Source of the DNA: Raillietiella orientalis | Lineage: Eukaryota | Reading direction: 5' to 3' | NCBI GenBank assembly: GCA_036172245.1 | Contig: JAYWIR010000027.1 | Location: 124,001-188,000, forward strand | Length of the DNA: 64,000 bases | Part shown: piece after piece, positions 1-13,420 of the stretch | Layout: every line of letters begins with the position of its first letter | How positions within the stretch are numbered: position 1 is the stretch's first letter | The notes under the pieces: generated by a model | Told to the model about the DNA's origin: nothing | Seen by the model: the letters and a program-made list of their open reading frames with translations, nothing else | Databases searched by the model: none | Position numbers and translations under genes: made by a program

Positions 1-3000
1 TTCGATCCCTGCTGCTCGACATCAGCGAAGAACCTAAGCCCATTGATGATCATATCTCTGTTTGTTAGAGGAAACAGATTTTTTTCAAGGGCGTCATCAT
101 TAGCTTTCGTCACCAGCGGTGCCCTCATTGTTTTTCTTCGACTCCTGCAGACCTAGACGGGAATAAGCTAAAGCATCCGCGCTCAAGGGGCGATGGAGTT
201 CCATACATGGCATGCCGCTTTCCGATGCCCACATCCAAAAAAGAGCGTTAAGGAATCCGAACCGGTGAGGCCGATTCGGCGTCTCAAGCTCTTCAGCACG
301 TCCCTTCTCTCGGTTTATCTTTTTACCGCCCTCGGCATTCTCTCTAGTCTTCGTTACTGTTTCGTTTCGTCAAAGAAATCCTCTAGAGGAATCCATCGGA
401 AATGTCGGCATCAAGAAGCCCTTATCACTTAACAACGACTCAAAAAACTCTTCGTTCTTTCGACAATTGGCGGACTGATTTGGCGGCCGGTGGCCTATTC
501 AGTCTCGAGTTGCTTCCACAGGTTTCCCAGAATCTCACACCATTCCGTCAACTGGAAAAGCTGCTGCTGCCCGCTCGGGATGCTGCGTTTTCTTCATGGA
601 CGTTTCTTTCGAATTCCTCACTTTTATCCGGTTTTCCTTTACTTTTCCTATTTATCAGTAACCAGAGTTACTGTTAACACCGTGCCTTCCTGAAGGTTCG
701 TAAACCGTTTACAGACATGCTTCAGTGACAGATGACTAGCAGATTCATCTTACAGAATGAAAAGCAGGTATCGTTGCTATGGTAAAAAGCATCGCAAACT
801 CTTTCGGCCATAAACTATCGTCTTCGTATGCGGGCTGCCCTCGTGCTTCTTTTCCTTTGATTAATGTGGGTCGTTTTTCTTTCTGGAGGTGCAACTCGTG
901 GGTTATGTGTTTCTACGTGCGGTATTTTCTGTGCTGGACATAGTTTCCTGCATTGCGATGCAGAGCTTCGAAGGAATGCTACTGCTTGCTGCACCCTTCT
1001 TTCGTCTGCTGCAAGCTTTCGTTTCCGGTAATTAAGAGCACTGCTTTCTTACCTGTGATTTATCTATAAATAGCACTTTCGGAGGTACATCTTCCTTCGA
1101 ACGTGTTCCTCAGAGCTGTCTGCAGACCCACGCCGACTCTGTGCGCCCCATCACGCACGCATTCCGCGCAGGGAGAGTTCGTTCCCATGTGCGATGGTTC
1201 GCGCGAGTCATTGCAGATGTGGCTGGCACCGCAGCGGCGTAGACTTCCTCGGGGCCGGCGGTGGATTCCCAAGCACTTCGGCCGGGGACAAGTTGTAGGT
1301 CACCTACAGCAAGCGGGTGCTGAAAGAATGGTGAAAGAATCCGATGAACGCAAGCGAGCAGAGCAGTATCTCTGAAGCATCGATCGTGGGGCCTATCGCA
1401 GGAGCTTACTGGATCTCTTCTTGTGCTATTTTCGAGAATGCCGGCATCCCTGAATTCCCCAAATTCGCAGCTGAAAAGGGCTCTTCGACTGACTCGGTGA
1501 GCGAAACCTCTGGCCCACCCACGATCAGGATGCACGATCCCCTCTCCCGTTTCCCATATCTTGCACCACCGCAACTGTACAGTGCAGTGGCCATAATCAC
1601 TGGATGGCGCGCTTCACACCTTCCATTACGCTTCCATTTCTCGTGTGTGTCAACGGCGCTTCGGCAGATGAATGGCCATTTTGCACTCCCGGTGTAAGCA
1701 CAAAGGAATCACCCCTCTCCCGCCTTGTCTCTTTATTACCCTGTTATGTGGCTCCAAGATTCTTTGTGCTCCACGATCTGTGCTGCCTTTGTCTGCCGTA
1801 GCTCCGTGCTATCCGATCTGATCTCGCGGTTATCTTCGATCACTTAGTCTGTTGATGTACCGATGGGAACGAGACGCGAATTCTTTGGCTCCGTGTCCCG
1901 TACGAATTTCTTTGCGTGCTCGTCATCCAGACTTTCTCGGGCAAAAAGGAGCGCGCGCGCGCCTTCGGAGAACTGATACATTGCCAACGTTCTCGCGGAC
2001 TGCACCTGTGGGCGTGGGCAAATTTGTTCTTGCACATTTCGAGGCGATGCCACCTAATCTGATTGCCCGTCTCGCGTTTGTTGTGCAAGGTCTCTTTGGT
2101 TCACGTTACCTCGGTGGCACATATTCGTTTCGTGCTGGGCTTTTTTTTTTTGCCTCCTTTCTACGCATCTTTTCTTCGGAAAGAGCTATTAGCCTTTTTT
2201 TTTCCGTTTTTTTCTGTTTTGCAGTCATTGCCCATTATGTGATGAGACGTGCGCTCACTCGCGCGAGGCTCACTCGTGGATGTTTCGTCGTCACTCTCTT
2301 TCGTGGCAAACCTCGATCCTGTAGGTCTAGACGTTTCCCAAACGGAGCTGCTGGAGCTTCTCATCTGAGGGAAAAAGAAACCGGAAACGGAATTTTCCTT
2401 CGGAGAATTTGCGAGTTTGGAAATGCGTGTGACAGTGTGGCAGTGCAGCGGTCTCCAGCGAACGTGGCGAACCGCTTTTCATTTGGTGCCTGTTACAAGT
2501 GACCCGCCTGTTGCGAGCTGACCGCGTCCCCATCCTTCGGATTCTCGTATGGCAGTCTGCCATGCAAGTGGTATCTAAAAGTGCATGTGTGCTCGTCTCT
2601 GCTTGCGGCTCTCCCGGCACCTCCAGGTTGAAACGTCCTAAAGATTTCAGCCGCCGGTTTCGACGCGGAAGAAAGCAATACTTGGCGAACAACCAGTGTC
2701 TCATTCCCTCTGCATTGATCAAGTCTTGGGTTCCCTTTTCTCCCTCCTCACCCGTCTTCCCCGGAAAAGTAGGAACTTGTCGGGAAGCGAACGCGTTACT
2801 CCTGAACTTTGAAGGTGTTGCTCAACAGAGTTTTCATGGATGGATTGATGGCACTGACAACATAAATGTTTTACTCCTTGCATCATTCCGTTATATTTAT
2901 TCTTTGTCGGGAGCAGTTTCAAACATGCGTGCATCTTTTCATCTTTCTTCTCTGGCACTTCCTCACAAACTCCCCAGATCTCGTGTTCTTTTGGAACTCC

Positions 3001-6000
3001 GGTCGCACAACTCGTGCTAAGCATCCCGTTTTTTGTTCTCTCCGTTGTTGCCTTTTCCTAAGCGCAGGATTGGCCGACCGAACCCATCGTTCCGAACCTT
3101 CCATAGCCCATAGTCCTGGCTTCTTCGTGGTCGCCTTCCCTTCGCGTGATGCACGAAGGGTAAGCGCAGTAGTACGGCGTCGCTGCCTTCTCGCACTCCT
3201 CGTTTGTGACTCTAGCTCACGGACGTTATGAGAGAGCTCTTGATTGAAACTCTTGCACGATTCTGGGGCTCTTAAAGAGTTCCGAGGCCCATTTGGTTGC
3301 AGTGTGCTAGAGACTGCGACGTCTCCAAGCAGGATTCCATGGCAGACGGCTTGTCTTTTGGGTGTCAGAGGTGCCTTTTGCACGGGGAAAACCATCGAAA
3401 AAGGAGAGTAGAGCAAAGATCGCGTGGGCTGTGCGCCGTGCTAACTGCGCTAAGCGTGCTGTGCAGCTTCCACGAAAGCATGCTCCGCAGAAAAACCTCC
3501 AGCTCTCCCTACTATGTTTCCATCCACCACGGTCCACGGTGCGATGAGCAGGAAGTCCGATTAGGAGCATCTTCCTTTCCATGTCCTCCGGAGCGTGAGA
3601 AATTCAGGAGCGGGTATCTGGCTGCTGCTTCCGTGGAGCCCCTCCTTCCTCCGGAAGCATGCGTCGGGTTTTCACGCTTCCAGGCCCAACGCTGCGTTTT
3701 CCTCGCGTTCGGTATCCGTAAGCGCCGCCGGAACGAGAGGGCTGTCTTCGGCTCGTGGCACCCTGAGTTTACCGGTCTGTAGACACTCGGTTGAGGTATT
3801 CCGCGTGGGCTCTCTGGCTGCGATGCGCCGTCTCGCGGCTGTGGTAAAAGCGGTCGATTTGGGTGTGGGGAAGGAGGGGGTGGCATAGTGCCGCAATTGT
3901 TGATCTTCCGATGCTTTTCCGAAGGGTTCGACCATTCCGACGAACTAGGTCGTGAGTTAGCAGACTCAGAGTTGCGGATGAGACGAGTCGCAATCAGTGC
4001 GGGATTTCGCACCCGGATCGAACGTCTGCGACCGTTCCATCGAGCAAATTTTCCCGCCCTTTCGTCGTCGGTTCGTTCAGAGACAAGGTTGCTGCTGCCG
4101 CTTCTCTCGTGGCAGCTCCTGTTGCTCCGCGCCGGCGCGTCGGACCACGTGGCCGACCTCCTTGCCCAGCCAGTCAGACGATGTCGAAATCCAGGAAGTT
4201 CTTCCGGTTGCCGTGAAGCAACCCTCCAGATGCATATGTTTCTTTCCTTCTGTGCCCCTCCCAGAGACCAACATTCAAGTGTGTTTGTGGTGCACGGATT
4301 GCCTAAAGAGGCACGCGCATACTTGCAGAAGCTGGGCGCTGAGAAAGTGGCCCTACCAAGCAGAGCTGTGAACTTGCTCTTCGGGAAGAGAAAAGGCGAA
4401 GGTGAAGTTCACTTGACAGTCCCAGGAGAGTTCTGGAGTCAGGCTTCAAGGTGGCAGGGAGGGAGTGGAGGGCCCCACTTTCCTTGCTGTCGCTAAGGGC
4501 CAGAAAGGCTTCCCGCGCAGCGTTCCGCTGGGAGCTTGCCGGGGGAGTCGTCGTGGATTCCGTGCGGTCCGCACGGAATCGGCTTCGCGGATGGTCCAGT
4601 GAACCCTCCCCCGTGTGCGTGGGATCATCGCAATAGCTCCCCCGCCGAAGCTGGGGAATGCTTTGGGGCAAGACGTCCTCTCTGTGGTACTCACCCTCGT
4701 TACGGTGTCTGCTGATGGCGGGAGCAGCAGCAGCGCCGACGGGAAAAGGAACTACGCAGAAGTCGCGTCTTTCGGAAGAAGCGTAGGACGCGGCCTGCAT
4801 CCGAGGACCGACTCCCAGGAGTCGCCTCTTCGAGGGGAGAGGTTCCATCTTCCTCCCGAGAACAAAGCAAGCGCTCGATCTGTGAAGTAGCGTCGCACCT
4901 TCCCTCTCCTTGCCGCTCCTTGCGAGATTTCCTTTCTGGACCGAGAGCGGAACTTCCGGATTCCCTGATCTTTCTCCAGCGGAGGGTCTCTTCTGTCCCC
5001 TTCCTAGCGACAGGTAGCCCCCACGGGGGCGTGACTCTGGAAGGAGACAGGTCGTCACCTCCTCTGCCTGCTGATCCGTCCAGAGGCAAACCCAAGTTGC
5101 CTGACCCTGCCTTCCCGATAACCTCTCCTTCCCACAGGGCTGTCTTCGACATCGGCGTTTCTTTTTCAAGGAGCTCCGCCCATTCGGGAGCGCAACGCGT
5201 TCCCCGTCGCTCCGACGTCTCTGCATGCTCGATGGGCACGTCGGCCTCCTCCCACGCCTCGTACGCGCTTTGTCTCGCGATATTTTGTGCCTCTCTGGCC
5301 CGGAGCTTCCGAATCGTCTCCATCTTGGCCTCTTGGTGCTCTGCGTGCTACTTCCTTCTCGCAGAAGGCTTTCCTGGTCATTCAGGAAGCAGCCACAAGA
5401 ACGTCACCTCCTCCCTTCCTTTGCATGGAAAGGGGAAGGGATGTTCCTCTGCAGCCGGGAGGCGTACATCCGACTCGGATCTCGGGGCGCGATGCCAAGC
5501 GGGTTCGGCGTGGGGAGGTGCGCACCGGGCGTCTCATCGGGCTAGACCGATTTTCGATGGGGTTGTGTGGACGTCCTCGCGTCTTCCGGTGAGGCAGGGC
5601 GGGGGAATAAAGGCACGCCCCCTTCATCGGGTCGCATCTGTGCGACAAGGAAACTTTGCTCATTCCGTAAAAAGTTGCAACTGCGTTGCAATTGGTGTTA
5701 TTGCACTTCATTTTGCTTTCTAATGGGCGAGAAGGGGGTCTATGGTCGCGCGTTCTCCTCCTCCCCCTCCCCGGCCTTTCTTTTCTTTTGACATGGTGAC
5801 AGTGTTCACGCCATTCTTTCCTCGTACAGGGAGATGGCGCATCGCCCCTTCAGAGATCCCTGTCTTCCGTCTATGCCAAAAATAAGCGCGTCACTCGCGA
5901 GGCGCGCTCGGTGCCCCCTTCCGGGGCGTCGCGGAGGCTTTGACCTCGCCGGAGGGGTCCTGCCCTTCCAGCCTCGACTCGCACGCCTCCTCTCATTGTC

Positions 6001-7726
6001 TCCTTCGTCTGCGCCAAGCCCCGTCTGGTTCGCTCCGCCGTTTACGCGTCCGCGGACTCTACTCGGAGGGAAGGGAGCGAGCGAGCCCTCCCGACGGTGG
6101 AGGCGGCAGCGGCGCACTTTCTCGCGGAAGAGGGGGAATGAGCAGGAGAAAGGAGCAAGGAAGCGCCGAGTCCTCTTGGATTGTCGCGCGGGTGCGCCGG
6201 GACGTCCGTTCTTAAGGGACGAGGCGTTGAGCGGACGTGAAGAGTTCGGGCACAGTTCTCCCGCACCCTTTGCATCCCGGTCGCGCCAACACGATCGGGT
6301 CAGTTCAGGCGGGAGGAAACCGAAAGGGGAGAGGCGGGCGTGGCACGCGAAAGGAATGCGAGAAACCCTTCGCCAGCAGCCATCTTGTTTCCACTCCGCT
6401 CCATCTGGGAGCCGACATAGTCGGATCGTGGCGGTCACCCTGTCGCACGTGGTCAGCCGTCGGGGACTCGATCCTCGCCCCTTTCCTCCTCTGATGTCCT
6501 CCTCGCCGCCGCTCCTACTACCCCAGAGCCGGCCATCTCTCACGGAGTCGTTTCCCTCGAGCGGGAAGCTTGCTCGGCAGCTTCTCAGCGGGGCATCTTG
6601 CGCCGCCTGAGGAGGGGACGGGAAAGACTCCCTCTGCTCCAGGACTGCCGCCGAGGAACCGCGAGCCGGCGACGCTGCCTAGCAGGGAACCCCCACAGGG
6701 ACGCGTTTCTGCGGGGCGCCTCGGGAGGCCCCTAAGGGATTGCTGTGGACCCGCCACTGGAGTTTTCGAGCACGAAAGATCCGCCCAAAATGGCGGACTG
6801 GTGCAGAGTAGGAAGGTGGGGGGTGATTCATGGACCCGCGGCCTTCGGAAGAGGAGGCTGCTGTTGTCTCCTGGAGGAACGGATTCCGAAGCGCGCAAGC
6901 GGGCATCGCTGCGCATCGCCCGGAGCTGTAGGGAAGGGAACGCGTGGAAAACACACACGTATAGAAGGAGGAAGAGAAGGATGAGGCGTTGGCCCCGCGG
7001 TGAGAAGGGATGGAGGCGCGCTCAGAACGGTAGTCAGCGGGAAGATTTGCCCGCACACGAATGGCTTCCTTTCCTGTTCACAGTCGCGCCGTCTTTCTAG
7101 GGATCTCAGGATCGAAGTTTCCGTGCCCTCCCGTCTTTTACGATTTTCATTCTATCGCGGTCCTTCCCTCCACAAGTTCTCGGTTTTCTTGAACTAGGGA
7201 GGACATCTGCAGTGGCCAGTGGAAAGCCGACACTTTTTGTCCCTTTTTTTTTCTTTTTTTTCCGTTGGCTCGTCCCAGGGGACCGACAATTTCCTTCGAT
7301 CCTTTCAGCAGGAATCTCGAGTTCTCTGCCAACTTTTTGCGACTTTCAGTCGCGAGAGGAACCGCAGACCTGCCCTCGTTGGGTGCGTGCCGCGGCTTGC
7401 TTTCCCGGTCATCCCAGCAAATGGGGCCGGGGCGTTCCTTTCAGACGTGGGAAAGTTTTTCCTTCCCCCTCCCTACGCCGAAGGGCGCCCCGAGTCGCAA
7501 AACATCTCAAAGCGCTGACCACCTGTCTCTCCCCCTTCTTCTTCGGCACGCCTGGAATCCGTCTGCGAAGCTCCGAGCAGGAGGGGCCTGCTCTTCCTGC
7601 GGTCTCTCCCTTCTGCCTGCCACCGGCGGAATTTCGCCGCGCGTCGTTGCTTGGGAGACGAAACCTTCCCGAGCAGCCCAGGATGATTCCCTTCTGCCGC
7701 GTGGTCGTGCTTCGGGCGGAGCGCCC

Positions 7727-7774
7727 CCTCCGGGCTCATCGACATGCCTCCGGGCTCATCGACATGCCTCCGGG
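7727..7774. repeat. 20-bp tandem duplication (2.4 copies)
   Basis: CCTCCGGGCTCATCGACATG x2 followed by CCTCCGGG. Confidence 0.9.
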
Positions 7775-8449
7775 AAATTTGGCAGGCAGAAAACTTCCGG
7801 CGACGAAGCCTTCCGAGCACAGGGCGTCCCATGCATTGCCCAGCGACTCAGGAGAGGCCAAGAGGCGTGGACTTCACTTCCCTCCTCCAGCTTTCCTGCA
7901 TCCAGAGTTTGCTCCCCAAATTCCAAACTAGGACAAATCCTGAACGGAGTGATAGACGACCCTCGTTTCAAAGAAGTACCAAGGACGGTCAAAGGCACGC
8001 CCCGCAGGCATGCTTCCGTGCTGCCTTCCCACGTTCATCCGCCTCGTTGCGTAGGGCGCTGCGCGGAAGGCAACCTCCGTGCTTTTGTTTGTTTTGTTTT
8101 TGTTTTTTTGGCTTCTGGCTGACCGCCTCCTTCCAAAGGTTTCGACCCTGTCTTTAAGATGGGGCGTGCACTCGGATAGCCTCGCGAACCTCTCCCTGCG
8201 CGCCAGCACAGGGAGCGCAGTCGCTTCCGTGAATCCGACCCGGCGTCATGCACTTTTGCCAGCTGACAGTTCGTTCGCGTCCGAATTTCTTCGGTCCCTC
8301 CTCTTGTGAGCAACGTGGGAGGGAGAAGGGGAGGTGGGAAGGCAGAGGCTCGTGCACGTGTGTGCACGAAACAGTGCTTTCGGATGCAGCGGAACGGGAG
8401 GGAGGTGGGGCAGCAGAGAACCACTGCTGAGCAAATTGGGGAACGAAGG

Positions 8450-9750
8450 CACTGCAGTTTTCCCTCCACTGCCTTCACGGGCAATCCGAGGATGCTCCCT
8501 GGTAAAAGGTTTCGAGCGTAAGAAGATCTGGGATGACTCGAAGTTGCTGCTGAGATCCCCAGACCTTTTAACCGCGGGAAACGTCGTCGCTGACCGGATG
8601 AAGGCATGACATAGGGGGGTGGCTCTCACAAACAGGAACTCGGGTGAAAGTGTGCCACCAGGAATCCATATTGGAAACCACGGTTCGAATCCAGAACGCA
8701 TAGAGCGGATGCCTCCACACCTAGGAACCACACGAAGAGAAAGCTGGCGGCTACCGCAAGCTGAGAGGCCTTTCGCATCCAGTCCTGCGAAGCCTTTCTC
8801 GATTCGCTTCCTCTTTGGACTTGTTCCACTTTTCCGCGGGCTCAATCGCCCAACGCCTCCTCGCGGCGAGTCATCCCGTCGCAGTCGGGGGACGCTACGT
8901 TGTAAGTCACCTCAGTTGCGTAATCCTTCCTTCCGATGCCCGTTCCACTGTTTCCACCTGCAAGGCTACTCGGTCTGAGGGATGGGATGTGTCGAAAACT
9001 CTTGACGACAAGCACCCTTGGCTTCTGGAATGAGCCTTGCTGCACGCCTTGGCTGCTGGATGGAGGACTCTTTTGTGCTCCTGTAGTGTGAGCTCCAATC
9101 GTCCGAACTGAAGCCGTTTACCGTCTGCAGGTGGCGCGTACGCGAGGCGGACTCTGAGAGTTCTTGAGGATTTGGGTCTGGTGGGCATCAGGGCGAGGGT
9201 ATACAGGCGCGAGCAGGGGTTCCTCCAGGAGGTGGGCACGAGCATTTTGGTCACCGTCAAGAGTGCAGGGCGCTTCGCTTTCTCGAAGCTTCCTCTCACC
9301 CCCTCTCGCTGGGGAAGCTTCGCGAATCGGATCGCCTCCCTTCCCCATGCCATCTGGTTCCCTAAGTGCTGCGAGCAAACCTTCTGTTCTACCGGTCTTC
9401 TGTTCAAGAGCGCGCATTTGGCACCTCTGGGGATTCAAGAGGCGATAGTCGGGGCCTTCTTTCTTCGGCAAGCAGGGCGCTTCCCTCGCTGGCCGTACCG
9501 ATGATTTCGGTGCCCTCCTTGTCGTTAGCAACCGGCAGTTAGCAGCGGATTCGAGCTCAACGCCGCCGTACAACGTACGGGTGACGCGACCGCGACGGAG
9601 TTCTTTTCCGATCGGTTGCCCGCGTGAGCCAGTACTGTGTACACATGCGTGCACGCGTACAGTGAACTCTTGAACTTTAGATTGAGAAAGTTGGCAAACC
9701 GCCGGGCATGCTTCCGCTTCAATTTCTCTTCGTCCATTGAGTACCCGGAC
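8450..9750 (-). mobile_element. Highly decayed non-LTR retrotransposon fragment (RT C-terminus/thumb onward)
   Basis: Colinear weak motifs: RRFANFLNLKFKSS (cf. WxxxxGLxxNxxK), LYGGVELES (cf. YLGVxLD), LPKKEGPDYRLL and FEKAKRPALLTVTK (cf. LxRxQRxALLxIT). No YADD recognisable. Confidence 0.35.
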
Positions 9751-11120
9751 CTATAAACATGCCACGCATGCCCTCGTTTCGAGGCTGTTAGAGAGGAGGT
9801 ATTTTTCCCGTGGTGGGGTTGAAGGCCGTTTGATGTTGCGCCGCTGTCATCACGTGCTACTCTGGAGGGACCGCACTGCTTGTCCCCCCTTCCCTCTTCC
9901 TTCCTTCCTTCGTTCCTCCACTCTTCGCTCCGGCAGGGAAAGTGAGCGAGAGTTTCGTGGATTCTCCCTGGACCTCGCGTCGCATCGATATGCCCGTGTA
10001 CGCAACGCATCAGCTGATAGCTCGAGGCAGTGGCTGCTCGGGAATCGGAAGTTTCCCTGCGCGGGAGGCGAAAACTCGCAGCTCTGCCACGAATCTTCGA
10101 TCGCGGAAAGTGCAGCCGGCCGAGCTCGACGGAAGTGGTTCGACCGCTTTGGTCAGAGTACCGGGAAAGCCGTTCAGCCGACCCACAGTGGCGCTTTCGC
10201 CTTCCGGTGACGGCACGCGCAGTTTGTCCTGCCATCCTCTCTCCCCCCTCCCCTGACCACGACGGAAGCACTTCCTTTGAGTTTTGCGATCATTGCGTTC
10301 CCGTTTAATTAGGATGGCCTTGCCCTCTTCATCGCTCGTAGGTCTCTCACAGATCCCGGCAAGCGGCCTAGCCTGAGAGGAAGACCCCGTTATTTTGTTT
10401 TATTTTCTTTAAGATGAATTCCTGTTGACCACCTCTTTCGTTTACGGATCGTAGAGTCTTTTACAAATGGCTCTTTTCTGAGCGCTTCATGGCCTTCAGG
10501 GCTTTACTCGATTGGTGCCCCCTCTGAAAGTGTGAAGCGTTTGGTAGCACACAAGCAGCTGCGGCTCTTGGATTTCGTGCCAGGCCAGGAGCACGAATTT
10601 TGCATTTGAAATATGGTTCCATCCCTGTCTTTGGTTTATCTTCAAATGCAGCAGCAGTGGATGAGGAGAGCACCAAAATACGTGCACGCAACCACCAACC
10701 TCGTGCAGCACCTCTGTGGCGAGCTGTTACGAATCTTCGACGGAATCTGTTCGTGACCGAAAAATCGTCGTATTGGAAATCAGTGAGCGCTCGGTGGTCC
10801 GTAGGAGAGCTAGCCAGCGATTTAGTCGAGGAATTGGTGGTCAGTAGTCGAAAACGTCTTATCGAGTGACGTGCCAAGGAGAACGCTGCAGTGAGCGGAC
10901 ATCAGCGCCCTCCTCAGTCGATTGAATCCTCATCGATTTCCTCGCTCCTGTTTCCCCTTCACGGATGGTTCCAATAAATTCCAAAATTCTTGAGCACGCC
11001 GAATGCTAGCGGATGTTGCGTGCCGCTCTCGGTTTCTTGTGCCCGAAGTCCGTTTCCGCGGTGGAGAGACTATCGACTATTTTCAAACAAGGCCGTCGCT
11101 TTCTGTTTCCCGTCTTGCAG

Positions 11121-11458
11121 GCAGTACGTGCTTACAGGTGTGAACCGGTAGCCGATGCCTTTGAGGAACTCGCTCACCATCTGTAAATTGTGTCTGTGTC
11201 CCTCCCTAATACAGCTCCCCTTCCAGTGGAAGGCTGTATGTGTGAATTTTCAGCACGTTGACTGAAGTTGACCAAGTTTGCCATGCAGCCTGTACAGTCG
11301 GGTCGTTAGCCGTGTCCACCTGCGTGTGTGCTAGAAGATATCGTTTGAATCGTACCATCATGGCAGCCATTATACAGAAATTATGGGAAAACCATGGTAA
11401 GAGCACATCTTTGCATGCCCATCCCTCCTGTTTAAAAGCATCTTGTTCTCCATCGTGA
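11121..11458 (+). CDS. Candidate 3' exons of an unidentified gene
   Basis: Exon candidates 11121-11182 (TCTTGCAG| ... |GTAAAT) and 11254-11396 (TTTTCAG| ... |GTAAGA) join in phase across a 71-nt intron: AVRAYRCEPVADAFEELAHHLTLTEVDQVCHAACTVGSLAVSTCVCARRYRLNRTIMAAIIQKLWENH. AATAAA occurs at 11763 and 11783. No family recognised. Confidence 0.3.
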
Positions 11459-13149
11459 GAGTGCGTGCATCTTTCGCTCTGGAGGTCTCAGTGAGTCCTA
11501 GAAAGCAATGAGTCCAGAACAAGATTCGTCGCCAGGATACGACACGCATGCGCTTGGATCTCTTTGGCACATTGAATTTTGCCCCGCTTTCCATACTTTT
11601 CTCGGAAGTCCGATTCGTATAAGGGAAAAAAGAAAAGTAATCTCTTGTGTTGCGAATCGCTCCCTGAGATGGGAAAGTACAGTCAGCCACAAAAAGGCGT
11701 CAGAGAGCAGTTGCATCCTTGTTGCCATGTTAACCGATTGGTAAATGAAAAGTACGAACACTAATAAAAATAATTGTTCGCTAATAAATAAGAATAGAAT
11801 GTGCATTATTAATTCTGAAGAAAATACGCTGTGTAGAGGGCACAGTACGATTTTACATCTTGTATCATTGGAGAGGCTGTATTAATTTTGTGTGTGTGTG
11901 TCGTAATTGTTCTGTAAACTCCGTCCGACATTCGGTTGTAGCTGAGAGGTACAATGGTGAGGAACGGATGCGGGGTGTCACAAAAATCCCGGTTTTATGA
12001 GTATTTCACCCACTTTTATTTACTTATGCAATTGAGATATTTTCCGGTGGTTAATCTTTTTGCAAATTACCTACATTGTAACCGTGTTCTGCAGCATGCT
12101 ATTACTGTTTGTAACTGGATCCGTTTTGCAGTTACAAACAGTAATAGCATGCTGCTACATTGCATTTGGTATATTTCCAATTTTACTTCCTTTCTTGTCG
12201 ACAAGAAACTCCAAAACTGGCATTAGCGAGTCATCCAACCGCTTTATTTATCAGCCAAACTTTTCTTCTTCTTCGGTGCTCGACAATTTCCGGAGTCGCT
12301 GCATTTCGTTACTTCCTAAACCACCTTCGTAGAATGTCGGATGCTACGATGGAGAAGCGGGTATAATGAGGGAAGTGGCAAGTTTCCCTGCTAGAGAGGA
12401 TGGTAACTGGAAATGTGTTATTTCTTTCGAAAGTTCCTGAAGGAAGCGTTGGGACTGGATTGATGGCTTCCATTAATTCAACCCGCTTTGTTTTTGTTTT
12501 GGATCCCACAGTTTGGTGCTTATCTCGCCCTCTTTGTTGAAAGTTTCCACATTATAGAGTTACCGGAAACAGGTAGGCTTCCCGTTCGTGGAATTTTCAT
12601 CTTTGTTTGCCGGTTTTCACGTGTCTTCCTGGACTTCACTTACTGCCTGCTGTCCTTATGCTTCTTTGATGCCGGTAGAGTGCGTTGAACAGTTGTGTTG
12701 TTTGTGGCAACCGTGATCACGCAGGAAGCACCTTGCTGGTTGCGCTGCTGGCAGGCCGTAGGAAGCAATACATGAAATTGGCTCATTTGCTCCCAGTGGG
12801 AACCCGCAAAGGGAGTGTCGATTGTTTTCCGATTCCCCGATTGTGATTTCGTCTTCTCCGTGCTCACTCCACTTTGCTCCCATTACCGATGTTGTGTTCT
12901 TACACTTCGAGCCCCGAAGAAACTCTTTTTTTCGAGTCCATTTATTCATTTCGGAGGCCTTGGCTTCCCCCCTCCCCTTCCTCCCCCTTCCTTCCCCTCC
13001 CCCTTTGCTCGGGGAATTCGAGCGCTGCCCTGGAAATCACATGTAATTGTTTGGAGAATTCCTCCTCGTTCCTGCAGCGGGCAGCCGCAAGCGCACGGCC
13101 GTGATGGAAGGAAGAAGCCGAGTGGGCACGCTAGAAAACAAACAAAGTG

Positions 13150-13420
13150 CAGAATCTGTTTGCGAGTCTGAAGGCAGCTTGATTTGGGGTAGAGGCCTCC
13201 TTGAAATGGATGTTGATCTGCGGCGCTGGGTTCCTGGTGCTGTGTGGCCCGACCTTTTCATCCACTAATCGCGTGGGCTTCTTTGACAGGGAAACCTCCG
13301 TGCGGTGTCTTCGTGGCGTCAGGCACCGAAGCACATGGTGCGTGGTTGCGAAGGCCTCCTCAAGGTGATTTTGTGGGAAACGCGGCCTCTTTGTTTTCCC
13401 TCTGAGCTTTGCCTTCACGC
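13150..13420 (+). mobile_element. Possible decayed non-LTR retrotransposon 3' fragment
   Basis: WGRGLLEMDVDLRRWV, NRVGFFDRETSVRC and KHMVRGCEGL occur in the expected order across frame changes. Confidence 0.33.

Noticed and set aside
1..4300. Scattered splice-like signals and short ORFs at the window start
   Set aside because: No phase-consistent exon chain or recognisable peptide could be assembled.
4700..5323. 207-aa minus-strand ORF (METIRKLRAREAQNIARQSAYEAWEE...) as a gene or further LINE relic
   Set aside because: Only faint resemblance to the WQxxW/GR region, no Cys/His knuckle and no clear splice support.
8682..8692. GGTTCGAATCC, a tRNA T-loop/B-box-like motif
   Set aside because: The flanks do not form a T-stem or acceptor stem, and no A-box or cloverleaf is visible.
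11968..11990. CGGGGTGTCACAAAAA, resembling a Tc1/mariner terminal inverted repeat
   Set aside because: No matching inverted partner or transposase remnant was found nearby.
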